From Marsupella aquatica (Eukaryota > Plantae > Marchantiophyta): a stretch of 64,000 nt of DNA. The position numbers were made by a program, and so were the translations under genes. The notes under the pieces were generated by a model. The model had not been told where the DNA came from, did no database searches, and saw only the letters and a program-made list of their open reading frames with translations. Location of the stretch: positions 2,604,001 through 2,668,000 of the forward strand of contig OZ316896.1 of NCBI GenBank assembly GCA_973895155.1, written 5' to 3'. Numbering within the stretch: the first letter of the stretch is position 1; each line of letters opens with the position of its first letter. Below are positions 1 through 12,303 of this stretch, one piece after another.

Positions 1-185
1 CCTCCCATCCCTTGAGTACTTTAACTCTTTTGTGCATGAGATTATTACTTCTGCAAGGGGGAGGGACACAAGTTGCATTATCTCTGACCCACTAGCAGGA
101 AATGGGACGTGCACGACCCCTTTCAAATGTGGTAGCTCACGCGTTCCCGTGTGAACTAACTTACTACCTCTTCAGATGCTTACAG

Positions 186-2853
186 ATTTACTGCAAAGCT
201 GTAGGGAAGGAGGAGACAGCAGATATGGCAGGTTCAGGGGAGTTTTCAGTAGCTTACGACAAGCTAGTGATTGCTCTTGGCGCTCAGTCTCTTACTTTCA
301 ACACACCCGGTGTCTATGAGCATGCCATCTTTCTTCGTGAAGTTCGAGATGCTCAGGCGATTCGCTCTAAGCTGCTTCTTAATCTGGCAGTATCGGACGT
401 TCCTGGTCTGTCCCAATTCTCATGATTGCAGACTAAACGAAACTCGTCAGAATGTATCATTTGAAATAGTTCGACTGCGTTTGCGATGTTGCTCTTCATC
501 GTTCTTAGTCCTTTAAATGGTTTCACTTGTACTGCACGGCATTTTCTCGCCTGTTACAATGAGCCAGCTTCTTTCAGTGGCACCACCTTTTAAACGTTTT
601 AGCTCTCAAGATTTGCAACAACTAGTCACCAAAGTCTTCATATGGTAGACAAGTGACTCCGGAAGTCAATCCTCTGCTCAAATGGGGTTTTCAATAACGT
701 TGAAATGGAGTACAGGAATGAGCCAGAGCTGGGAATGCCAAGCGCGAATCGCACTAATTGGCGATATATGTGGCCAAGGTTTGCAGGAGTTACAGACGAG
801 GAAAAGAGTAAAATATTAAGCTGTGTCGTTGTTGGAGGAGGACCGACTGGGGTTGAATTCAGTGGGGAACTTAGTGATTTTATCCACCATGATGTCATTC
901 GAAAATTCTCTCATGTGAAAGGCTTCGTAAAAGTTACCTTGATTGAGGTCTGGTGCCACGCCCCTTCCTTCATCAGTGTGTTTGGCGTCTGTTTCCTTTC
1001 CAACAACAGAAACGCAGCCAAACCCGGACGAATATAGACTTGAAGGGTCATTGGACTTTGAATCAACACTCTCGGAAGCGTCAGGACAGTAGAATATAGT
1101 CGAGGAAAAGTCGATTTTATCCGTTTGGCCGCTCTAACTGACAGTAAATGCTATTGGAGAACCGCAAGTACTTAGCGTTCATGAAAAAGCTTTTCAAATC
1201 TGATGAGCTTCACGGAACCACGCAGGCCAAGGAAATCTTGTCTTCATTTGATGTGAGCCTTCGCCAGTATGCTACAAAGCAATTAGAAAAGGTAACTCTG
1301 GGAGTACCATACCATTGTTGTGAATTAGTGAAACAGGAGAGGTGATGAGAGAAGCTGCTACTCAACTGTTGCAACTAGAAACTGCTTAGAGAGAAGCATT
1401 ACGAAGCGCTTGTGTGATTATTCGGTGCGATTTACTGGCATCTTCTTGCATGTATGGAACGAAAGCTAACCTATCATGTTGTTGCCTTCTATGCTTCACT
1501 GCTACATTACAGTCAGGAGTTAAACTAGTGACAGGATTGGTGAAGGAGGTGCACCCTGGAAAGCTGCTTCTTAGTGATGGCAGTTGGGTCCCGTATGGTC
1601 TTCTTGTCTGGTCTACGGGTGTTGGGCCCTCCGATTTTGTGAAGTCCTTACCCTTCCAAAAGTCACCCGGTGGCAGGTCTATTCCCTCCTCCAGTTCCAT
1701 GAGCACGTCCCTGGTTGCTTTACCAGAACTATGCCATTCATTGTAAAAGCTATGTTGAATTGCCCATGTACTTAGAGCTTTTGGGAACAAGGCGGTCGTC
1801 CCACCACATCTACTTAAATTGTACTGAGTAAAAAGTACAATATGAAGCTGAATTCTGAGTTAAAGCCGGGAGGAATAACTCTTGGTCGATTTTGCTCCAC
1901 TGCATTTCTATATAAGGGAATAGGAACAGAGTCGTTATTTAGATGATAGAGTCCATATTCAGTACATTCTGGGGAAACTTCAGTCAAATTGGTCATTGTT
2001 GGGACTCTACAGGATTGGGACTGACGACCACCTCAAGGTTCCAGACTTGGACGATGTGTATGCTATTGGAGACTGTTCGGGCTACCTTGAAAGTACAGGA
2101 AAGCCTGTGCTACCTGCTTTGGCTCAGGTTAGGGGCTCCTCTGTTATAGAATGTTTGTCTTCTTTCATTAGAATGTTTGTCTCCATTCGAGATTTTGATC
2201 TGCGATGACAATTCTATATCAGCTCATTTACTGAAGCCGAAGGGCTCAGCTGCTTTTGATGAGAAGGAGCTAGTGGTCTGCACGCGATTGACAGTAGATG
2301 TAACGCGGTCTGGGGTCTGCAGGTGGCAGAAAGACAGGGAAAATACTTGGCGAAGCATTTGAATGACCTGGCCACAAAGGGAGGAGGCCATGCGGGAGGA
2401 TCAAGTGGAACAGATTTTGGGAAGCCATTTGTTTACAGGCATCTCGGCAGTATGGCCACCGTGGGCCACTACAAGGCTTTGGTAGATATTCGGGGAGACG
2501 AGGTAATTTTTGCTTCTCGTTTGATGATTTACTAGAATTCACTTCCATTTATGACGCCCTTCTAAGATCTGGAAAACTGGGATCCAATTTTTCAATTATG
2601 AATGGCCTATTCAAGAGTAGCCCATTTGTGCGACAATGTACATTTGCGTTAGGAAATTTCGTACCCATCTCACGAGCCTGCTGTGCAATCCTCCTTGCAG
2701 GCGAGTAGGGGTTTATCGATTTCAGGATTCGCCAGTTGGATTATTTGGCGGTCCGCGTATCTAACAAGAGTGGCAAGCTGGCGAAACCGGATCTACGTGG
2801 CCACCAACTGGTTTACGACATTTCTCTTTGGCCGAGACATTTCTCGCTTCTAG
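186..2853 (+). CDS. NDA: Type II (alternative) NAD(P)H:ubiquinone oxidoreductase, NDA-type; 5' exons lie upstream of the window
   Basis: Exons joined at GT-AG: 186-405, 787-947, 1226-1291, 1513-1676, 2013-2127, 2323-2502, 2701-2853 (1059 nt, frame kept, TAG 2851-2853). Motifs: [10 protein letters not shown], second Rossmann [55 protein letters not shown]-terminus GRDISRF. No EF-hand insert, so NDA rather than NDB. Confidence 0.93.
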
Positions 2854-3920
2854 CCCGAGCATTTCGCAGTGAAGGCATCTTTTGGGAGCCACCAAAAATT
2901 GTCCAGTAATTTGCTGCCCAGGAATTCCTGCTGGCAATGTTTGATGTCAATGTCAATTACAATTTTAGGCATGGCAGATATGCATGCTTAAGTAGATTAT
3001 ATGTGGATTTTGTAAAGATTATAGGGTGTCAGAGGACAATACATTGGAGAACTAAATAGTATGATTAGACATAATTCAAGATGTAGGATCCAAGTGATAT
3101 GATATTTTTGAGGCATTAGGCACCCCGGTCAGGGGGTCAATCTTTGGACAACCATGCTGCATTTCCATGCATGAACTGCGGTCGACGAGTAACTAATTTC
3201 ATCATGTATATGTGTCAATTTTGGCACGAGGAATAAATAAGTTTTGAGAGGAACCTCAATGTCCAGCGTTTTGCTTTTACCTTTGGTCCTCCTCTCGAAG
3301 ACTTCGTCAGCAAGAGGATATAAATAGTGCCGTTGTTTAGGCGAAAAAGCAAATTTCAGCTGCGGCTGACAGCAGAAACTCGGCAGGCGAATAAGAAAAT
3401 GCTTCACCTAGGTTTGAGCGAATTGAATGGCCAGAGGACATTCAATACTTAAGAGAATCCCTCGTTGAATTCCCTAAGAAAGTCGTCCCACATCCGTCTC
3501 CGAGAACCTCGTGACGACAAATGTTATCGAGAGTCAATAGGCAATGGAAAGATCGCCTCAACCGGAAGGAGGCAAATGGTGGAAACGCGCATGAATAAAT
3601 TACGTCAGATCGACTCCATTTGTACAATTCACACCGGTAACAAAGACCAAGTTCCATAGTAGTGTTGCCAGTATCTTTCGTGGAGCATAGATTACAAATA
3701 GATTACACAGTTAAAAACTACCATATATGTTACATCTCTCTTTCCCAACCTTGTACATGTTGCAGCCCGTGGCTGCGCAGACTCTAAATTGATTTTTTCT
3801 CGTACAAAAATGTCCTAAGGTTCTCCTTCCCCCCCTGTCAACGAATTTGCAATGTGCTAAAAATCATCCAGTAAAATCACAATTGGCCAGAAATGTCCCA
3901 CAAGAACGTCGAATTCCGGT

Positions 3921-6900
3921 TTACAAAGTTTTCACCCAGTCGAGAATTGCTTTGTTGGACAGTTCAGGTGCTTCGTCGTGTGGGCAGTGACCAGCGTCGA
4001 GCGGGACCAATTTCGCTGAAGGGTACAGTTCCTTGATCATATTAGCTTTAGTAGATCCCATCCATGGATCATTGACACCCCACAAGAGCAGCAGCGGACA
4101 CTTCAGCTGCTCCAGGAGTTTATTCAGAGTGAGATCCTCAGTTTTGAGCATCATTTGTGTCATCATCCTGCACACCATTTACAAATGCAGGTAAGGCATC
4201 ATCTAAGTAGCTCTTCTCCTCTAGTTCAGGCTTTCATTTTATTAGCGTGCTCAGCGACAAGCAAAACTCGCGAAAGCTTTGCCACAAGCAGAGGGGAAAA
4301 TACTCGAACCGGACCTGTAATAAGCCTCGCCAGCATTTGAGTCCTTGGCAGGTTGCACAATCGATTGGACGAGGTAGTCGTCGACATTTGTTTGGTCCTT
4401 GTATACCTACGTTTCATCTCGAACATTAAATCATATTAAAAGATATTAGTCCTTTCTCGAACATCACGAAATGGAACATCTCACAACCAGAAGAAGGTAC
4501 ACAATATTGAGCTTGATCACGAACGTAATAATCAGAAATTGGTGACATGTCCGTCGACTGGAAAGAGAAATTGCCAGCCTCTTAGAGAGCAAAGACAAGG
4601 ACGTGATGCTGAAAGTTCACATAGTTGTGCATTGTCTGACCACTTCATGCTTGCTGGATTGCTAATTTCACTTTCTCTACACGTGTAAGTCTAGCTGAGT
4701 CGAGGCGTGCAGTACCTGCAACTGGTTTAAACTGACTTGGAGATGGGACAAGTACTATCTATTCCGAAAGAAACGATGTCAAGAAACTCAATCAGGAGAA
4801 GAACAGAGTGATATTAGAGAAGAAATTGAAGACTTACATTTTGAAGTACAGATTTTATTCTCGCAGGCTGCCTAGCTTGCCAGAACGCAAAAGCGATGGC
4901 CCATTTTTTTGCGTAGTCCTTAATGGGTGCAAACAGCCGCTCAACTGGTGTCTCTTCTACAATCGGCTTCTTCTGTCCATCAGCTGACTCGAATTGACCA
5001 GACGCATTAAGCAGAGCCAATCCTGATACTAACTCCGGATTTGAGGCAGCCGTGTAAAGGACTGTGAACCCTCCGACACTGTCAAGACAAGGAAAATTAG
5101 ATATGACTAAATTCATATACTTGGATGCCAAACGGTCCAATTCTCCTTCAGTTGTTTGGTTCGTTCTGTAGCGAACTCCAGAGTAGGCTAAGTCTAACAT
5201 AATTTTATTAGACCCGCATTTCCGGTGCGCGATCGATTTTTTAATTTAATTTAAATTTTTTTCCGGTACGCGATTGATTAAAACGAAGAATTCCAATAAT
5301 TAGACTAAAACTGTCTTGATATGAGCTCTTACAAAGATGGTTTAGGACATCAATGGTATTGAAAGAATCCAGGGAAATACCTGTTACCCACAAGCACTGC
5401 AGGCTCCTTGACCTTTTCTCGCAAGAAATCGGCCACTTGATCCTTCCACAGCGCAGGACTATAGTTCACGAGAGCTTTGTCAGTCCATCCAAAACCGAGA
5501 AGATCCATGGCGTAGACCTTGTAACCTTGCTTCGCCAACTCTGGAATGTTGTATCTGTTCACCACCCATCCCGATTTCAGAACCTACTCCACTTATGCAC
5601 TTCTGAGCGGCTATAGATTGAGATTCACCCCTTCATACTCAAAGTATGAAGGGGTGAATGAGATTTCAAAGCCCGAATGAAGGATAAAACGAAATGGATA
5701 GGAGGAAAGATCATGGATACAGAACAAGTACCTCCAGTGGAAGACCGAAGCGCCAAATCCATGAATCAGTACAATTGGCTTTCCCTCCCCTTGCACCACG
5801 TAGTGCACCTTATGATCCCGCCATTTCCAATAATTGTATCCTTCCGGTTTGAATGGTAAGACGTCCAAATCTGCAAACAACAGAATCTCCGGTCAACATC
5901 GACTGCAAACGTAACAACAATAGGAACAACCCAAAAGTAAAACGCTAAAAGCTCCTAAAAATCCTACTTGTGGTGGGGCCTGTCACAGCTGAAATATCAT
6001 GCTTAGTTAGATGTTGAAGCCGCGACAAGATAAAACTCATACATTGTAAATTCGTCGGATGCTTCGTGACCATTGTCATCAATCAATGTGGCAAGAGAGA
6101 ACATGCCCAGAAAAGAACACGAAGGAATCCAGTGTCTGAGACAAGTTCATGAAAGCTTCTATTGTGCTGTTAGTCAAGCTGCATGTACAGGTATGTAATT
6201 CAAAGGGCCAATCCGCAGAGCCTTCCTCACTAAATATTTGGAAAATCCTCTGTTCCGAAAGTGACAGATCTCATTGCAAACAAGTACAACACAATTACAA
6301 TGCAAGTGCCAACTAGTTTATATAAACGATCATAGTTCACAAATTACTCAAACTTAGGGTCGGATTTGAACAGCTTGTCCCAGAAACTTTGTAGTGCCCT
6401 GAATCTTGTTCTCAAAGAGTTTCACCCTACGGACCAATTACACATAAAAACGAGAGAACGACTTACGTTTCGTAGAAGGTTCGGCTGCAGATGGCTCCGC
6501 AAGCGCAGCAGCGCAAACCAGGAGACCTGCCACCATGCTCTGCTTCATGAACGTCCTTCTTTGAAATTGTGGATCTGGACGACCACAATCCGAGGTTTTA
6601 GGTTCGATTGCACTACTGATTTCCGCAGTGTCATCCCTCACTAATTGTTCAAGAGCTGCTCTCTGTAGATCCACAGTACTATCTCCCACAATCTGATCAT
6701 GTTAATTCATTCTGGAACATGTGTTCCCGTATCAGTAGTCAAGAGATGTGCTTTCCTCGGCCACACTGCCCGGACTTTCTCTCATTCTGTGTCCCTCACA
6801 AAAATCAAGAGTAGCTTCTGTGCCTGACTCAGTGTCAGCAGCATAAAGGTTTTGCCGCACTTTGAGGGTTTTGCCTCCACAGTGGGGCAAAACCTGAAGG

Positions 6901-7871
6901 TTACATAGGCCAATCACGACTTTTACGGCCAATTTGGATTTTCCTTGTCTTGCTGGTCACCAGGAAATCTCCCGACCTTCCAGAGCATAAAGAACGTCTA
7001 CTTTACAAGAGAAGCTGACATCGAAAAATAGTGATGATCATGACTGAATGAAATGATCGACATTTGAGATTCGCATGGGTACGCCTAAACGATAAGGGCT
7101 TGAACACACGCCGTGGGGGGTTTAAAATGGCAGCTTAAAATGGCAGAATGAAAAACGAAAAAACCACGTGGAAGGACTGTAATAAATTTGTTGAGAATCA
7201 AGGGTAGGGGCTTCTACTCAACACACGCAAGATTGGGTTTCTTACAAATCGAATTTAATCTACTGTCCTACGATCGACCTCCGCGCCTTGTGACACTCTT
7301 TTTGAGAATCAAAGGTAGGGGCTTCTACTTAATACACGCAACATTGGAATTCCTAAAAAGCCAATTTTACATTCTTTATACGATCGACCTCCGCGCCTGA
7401 CTATAGATAAAGACCGATCGAGAACATCGTAAAGCTTTGATGACTACGGCGGAGTTTTCTCTACTCAACCGGTTACAATTCTGATCTGGGAGGCATGAAA
7501 TACATCAAATTCTCGTAGGTGAATTACAGTGAAGCAACTGCTAAGACTCGGAACAAAAGCTGAAACTAAAACACACCTGCAGAAGAGTTGAATGCCCCTG
7601 GAAAATCGAAAGGTCGACGACCTCTCCCTCTCGAACCCAAACTCAAAAATGCGCCCGACTTTCTGCTCGTGTTTCGTTGAATTTGTAGAAAATTGGCACT
7701 TCCGCAAGTAACAGAAACAGCAACACCTCGAAATCCGTAAATCGGAAGAGCAGGCGTCACACGACAACGAGTGACTTCACCAGAAGAAGCAGGAGCAGGC
7801 ACGGAGGCGACGAGGGAATGCCGAAGACCAGTCGAGCAGCTCAATCTATATGCGGCCGCAGCTGACTCCAT
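3921..7871 (-). CDS. Alpha/beta-fold hydrolase, pheophytinase-like, probably plastid-targeted
   Basis: Well-supported exons (minus): 5870-5732, 5554-5381, 5078-4838, 4406-4315, 4167-3921. Motifs: LIHGFGASVFHWRYNIPELA, DLLGFG, nucleophile elbow GNSVGG, LLWGVNDPW, catalytic His AGHCPHDE. Upstream exons ~6692-6467 and 7871-7577 encode a Ser/Ala/Arg-rich transit-peptide-like N-terminus. The phase link between those two is not resolved, and an extra exon near 6750-6950 is possible. Confidence 0.85.
7191..7398. repeat. Two-copy ~110-bp tandem duplication in an upstream intron of the hydrolase gene
   Basis: TTGAGAATCAA(G/A)GGTAGGGGCTTCTACT...TACGATCGACCTCCGCGCCT at 7191-7288 and 7302-7398. Confidence 0.85.
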
Positions 7872-8226
7872 GGCCTCCTCACTCTACAATTTTTCTGCTT
7901 CAGCTTTCGTTACTGTCTTTCCTCTGTTTTCCAACCAGATGCAGAATCGTGTTGAAGTGCCGCCAAAGTAAGTCTCGCAGTCAAGATCCGAGGTGTTTAA
8001 AGAAGCAGGCTGTTACGGTAGTCCGATGCTCGAGCCACCGAATTCATCCGAACGAAACGAAAACGAATGATCCGACGAGAGACACCGCGGCCCTCCCGTG
8101 CGCCCGCTTTGGTGACATTCCAAGTTTTCAAAGGTGCGGACGGAAGCCACCGCTGTTCATGGCGATAGACAGATCCTATGACGGCCCACGTGGCCACCAG
8201 CTTGCCTTTTTTTACGATAAAACACA

Positions 8227-8840
8227 GCCAAATGTGTTTCAGTAATGTGTGAATCAATATGGCGTCCCATTAGTGAAAGTTATGGATTTGAACCAATTGG
8301 CTTAGGTCAATTGGCTAGGGGATTTGCCTGGAGAGGTCCCAGGTCCCAGGAGGGTATATGTGTGTGGGTGGGATAGGTTTTGTGGGTAGTGGATTTGAGT
8401 TCTGATTATTTGCTCGGCCCCTGGTCATCCACTTTATGGCCCTGATTTAATCCTCTCTCCTTCCTGGTGCGGGTCCCTGTCGGATCCGTTGGGGCTCACC
8501 CTGGTCTGGGTTCCCTACAGAAAAACTTGTCACATTGGGGTGGGGGGAGTCTAATTGTATTTCCTCCCCATTTCCGTTCAAGACAAAAGAAAAGTTATGG
8601 ATTTGTGATACTTATGGGACAAGAATTTAAAATTGCTTTTTTTTCCGCCAAATGTGTTTCAGTAATGTGTGAATCCAAAGGGCATCCCACTAGTGAAAGT
8701 TATGGATTTGTGATACATATGGGACAAGAATTTAGAATTGCTTTTTGTACGCCCAAATGTGTTTCAGTAATATGGGAATCCAAAGGGCGTCCCATTAGTG
8801 AAAGTTATGGATTTGTGATACTTATGGGACAAGAATTTAA
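8227..8840. repeat. ~105-bp tandem repeat array (about 3 units) interrupted by a 300-bp insertion
   Basis: Unit CCAAATGTGTTTCAGTAATGTGTGAATC...GTGAAAGTTATGGATTTGTGATACTTATGGGACAAGAATTTA seen at ~8227, ~8647 and ~8752. Confidence 0.85.
8291..8590 (+). mobile_element. 5'-truncated non-LTR retroelement (L1/SINE-like 3' end) with 15-bp TSD
   Basis: AAAGTTATGGATTTG is duplicated at 8276-8290 and 8591-8605. Removing the insert plus one copy restores an intact repeat unit. The insert ends in an A-rich tail, TTCAAGACAAAAGA. Confidence 0.7.
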
Positions 8841-9204
8841 AACACAAAAATGGGGGGAGGTAACATTGACCAGCCCCATAAGCCACGAGTTATGGCCTCA
8901 TTTGTCTTATAGCATATATTAATTTTTTCCTCAATTCTTGATCAGCTGCTGCCTCAGATGCAGCAACAATTCCCACGTGTCTTCAGTTGCGGCTTTTTGG
9001 AGTTTTCGGAGTCCTGGATTTCTGGATTTCCGAATTTCTGAATTTCCACCTAAAGTTGCGGGAAAGTTACGGGTTAAAGTGTTGAGCCCGCGGGCTTTCC
9101 TTACGGTAGCCAAAGATAGGCTCCCATAACTTTTACGTGAGTTCCCATAATACTTGAGTTATGGGATGACCTTATCTTGTTAAGGCCAAGCTTTGAGACA
9201 CCCT

Positions 9205-9350
9205 AATCTTGCAAAACCTAAAGAGAGCATTCTTCCTATTACTCCTATTATTGCCTCTCAAATATTGGAAAAAATAAAATAAAATCTTGCAAAGCCTAAA
9301 GAGAGCATTCTTACTATTATTCCTATTAGGGCCTCTCAAATATTGAAAAC
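9205..9350. repeat. Two-copy ~78-bp tandem duplication
   Basis: AATCTTGCAAA(A/G)CCTAAAGAGAGCATTCTT...GCCTCTCAAATATTG repeated. Confidence 0.8.
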
Positions 9351-10108
9351 AGAAAAACCCACCTCAAAGGCTTGATGCTGAAACTGAGTATAGCATGGGA
9401 GTGATATTTTTGGGCTCTCAGATTTGAGAGGGGTCAGGGAAGTGTGTGGAAACTGGAAGGTGAGTCAATTAACATAATGATATTGGGTCCTCTCCTTGTA
9501 GCAATAGGCCCTCAGTTTTGGTCAGGAGTCCTGGAGGTGACTGGTGACCGGGCCTCACATTCATTGCCCGATCAGTCGTTCCCGCTGCCTTGGGTCACAA
9601 CACTCCCGGATAAGGTCATGCGCAAAAATTCTTTGTTCATGCGCAACTGTCAACGTCAATGGGAGTACCTCCAAATGTCCACAATGAATATTCAAGTTCA
9701 ATGTTTGGAATTCCCCCACTGCCACCACAACAAAAATCGACAAATGATCAACAAATGCGCTCAAAAATGGCGATACTCCCCTGCGCAATGTATACAAACA
9801 ATTCCAAAAGAAGATAGACCCGAAAGTGTCGGGGTACACTTTAAACCCTAAACCTTGACACACGGGAAAACGTAATCCATTGTGTCGTCAAGCATTAACC
9901 TGTCGAATATATCCTATGGTAATGGCATTGTTGCCCATTGCAATGAACCGTGGTAGACTACGGCGACTCGAGTGGTGGATTAGGCGTCGTAGACTGCGAT
10001 GACAAGTGTGGTGGACTGGGCCTGGGAGCACAGTGCATTACGAGGCAATGGGTGTGGTTAACTGTACATAGTAGGCACCACACAAGAACAGGTGTACGGG
10101 TCATTAAG

Positions 10109-10192
10109 AGGGGTCCCACTTGGTAAAAAAAAGTTTCATGGGGGCCCATCAGGTAAACAAGTTCACCAAGGGACTCATCAAGCATATATCTC
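10109..10192. repeat. Dispersed repeat end, probably a DNA-transposon terminus; related copy at 18028-18106
   Basis: Both copies contain GGGGCC...AGGTAA...GTTCACCA(A)GGG.C.CATCAA.CATATATCTC and stop at the same CATATATCTC end. Confidence 0.5.
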
Positions 10193-12303
10193 AAGTAAAC
10201 ACTAATTTTGCTAGAGAGAGTTGTTAGCGAGACACTAATGGTTTTAATTAATTTTTTTACTTTTTGCTGCCTTTTATATATTTCATGTTTTTTCATGAAT
10301 CCAGATGGCTCACGAGGAGGTAGCTAGCAAAAAGAGGAGTCCCACACATGCGGGCACACATGTATGTTATCAACCAAGTTGTTGTTAGCAAGAGAGTTGG
10401 ATATAGGAAAATTAGGGGTCATGTGAGGAAGGATTTTGCTTGTGCGAGTAAATTTTTACTGTTTCCTTGCACGCTACAATGACCCAAGCTGGACCCCTAA
10501 CATATTCTATCTAACATACATAAAGGAGCCCTAAAGTATGCCAGTGCCTTGCACGGTGCAAGGAGGGCCGGCCATAGGGAGTCAGGCGGGGTATTATTAG
10601 GGCAGCGTGAGGAAGCACATATGTGCCAGGGGTGCCCGTTTTCTCCATCAATAGTCAGCAAAAACAGCCAAACAAATCATTCAAACGACTGTAGATCTTT
10701 CCCGCCCAAGAGCTTTTTTGTATTTGGACAAAGGATGAAAAAATGCGGGATCTATTATTATAGTTGTAGATTGCATGCCTATCATTTATGCTTACACCCA
10801 AAATTCATCTCACAATGCCAGATTTTCTGCTTACACCCAAAATTCATTTCACAATGCCAAATGTAAACACAACCCCCAAAACACAACCCCCAAACTCAAA
10901 CACAATGAGTGAAGCCTCAAGACCTTACCTCTCAATAAGGACAAAGCTAAAAGTGAAGGTGCCCAAAACACAGGGTTAGGGGCGAAGATGGATGGGAAAT
11001 AACATAGATTTCTTTTTATTTTTGCAGAATTTGTTTTTGTATTTAAAGAATGGATATCACGCTAGTACAAAAAATCAAAACAGAGAGTCAAAACTCCAAC
11101 ACAACTCCCCCAACACACTATTCAAATATTGTCCCACCGTGTGTTTGGGGGAAGAGGGTAGTGTAGAATAGCCATGTTTTCTTGTAGATTTAGCAATATG
11201 AGTTTGAGAAAGTACACCGAGACAAAAATGCAAAGAGTATAATCGGATGGTCTAACAGGTCATTTGAACCTGTAGAGTCATCCATTAGAGTCATCGTCGG
11301 CTTCAATCATTACAAGGTTGAGCATTGATTGCATCTCTTTTTGCTTATCCTGCATTTTAGAAGGAATCCTAGCTTCAGCATCTTCAAGTATCATCAATCC
11401 AAGTATTCTCACATGATGAAAATAATTTGTGTGAGATAAGGATGTTTATGAAAGAAGGGTTAACTAACCCTAAATTTTAGAATTTTTACGTTTAAGATCT
11501 CAAATGAGGCTGAAGAGGGACCTGAAGACTACTTTGAAGTGGTATGAGACTTTCAAGCCCATCAGAGGTCAACCCGGATTGATATTAGAGAAGGAGGATC
11601 GACCCGGAACTTTTTACTATAAGTCGTGATGAGATATAAAAGCTTATACCGCAACTCTACTGAACAACAGCTGTCCATTGCCAAAGTTTTTAAAACCATA
11701 AGTCAAACACAGGCACGACCAAAGCAGAATCCGGATATAAGGAAGGAGAGTCGATCCGGCCTCTCACACCTCTCAAAGCCGAACTTAGTAGGTTTTGAGC
11801 TCCGATCCCGAGCGCATTAGGCTGTTTAAACAGTAGAGTGAGGAGACTCTACCCTTTTGGTAGAGGATCTTGGGTCCGGATTATAGGACCAATCTTGCAT
11901 TGCATGATGAGAGCCTGGATATGAGGGTACTGACTGATTCGTTATGAGGGGAATGCCTACTCCACCGCTGGAAGTGAAGGCAGGAAGTTTAAGATCCTGA
12001 TTGTGGATACATCGGTTGTGAGAAGGGAGGCCAGGTCGACCCGGACATCACCGTTGCAGGCCCGATTGAGTCTAGCTTTTCCCCAAGTTAGATGCACCTG
12101 TATTTTGGTTGACGGAATCTTGATACACTTCTCCAGAAAAGCTCGTCAGTTGATCAGAAACTCTGCGGCCAGGTCGACCCGAACATTTCTACCAGTGGTC
12201 GACACTGAAGAGATTGAACATTCTGAAGCCGCATCATTGTAGAGCTCGCCGTAGAGGAGGTAGAACATTTACCAAAAATCAATTTGCTACTTCCATAAAT
12301 CCT

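Noticed and set aside
8467-8922. 151-aa ORF with internal repeats
   Set aside because: Arises from the 105-bp (35-codon) tandem repeat and the retroelement insert, not from a gene.
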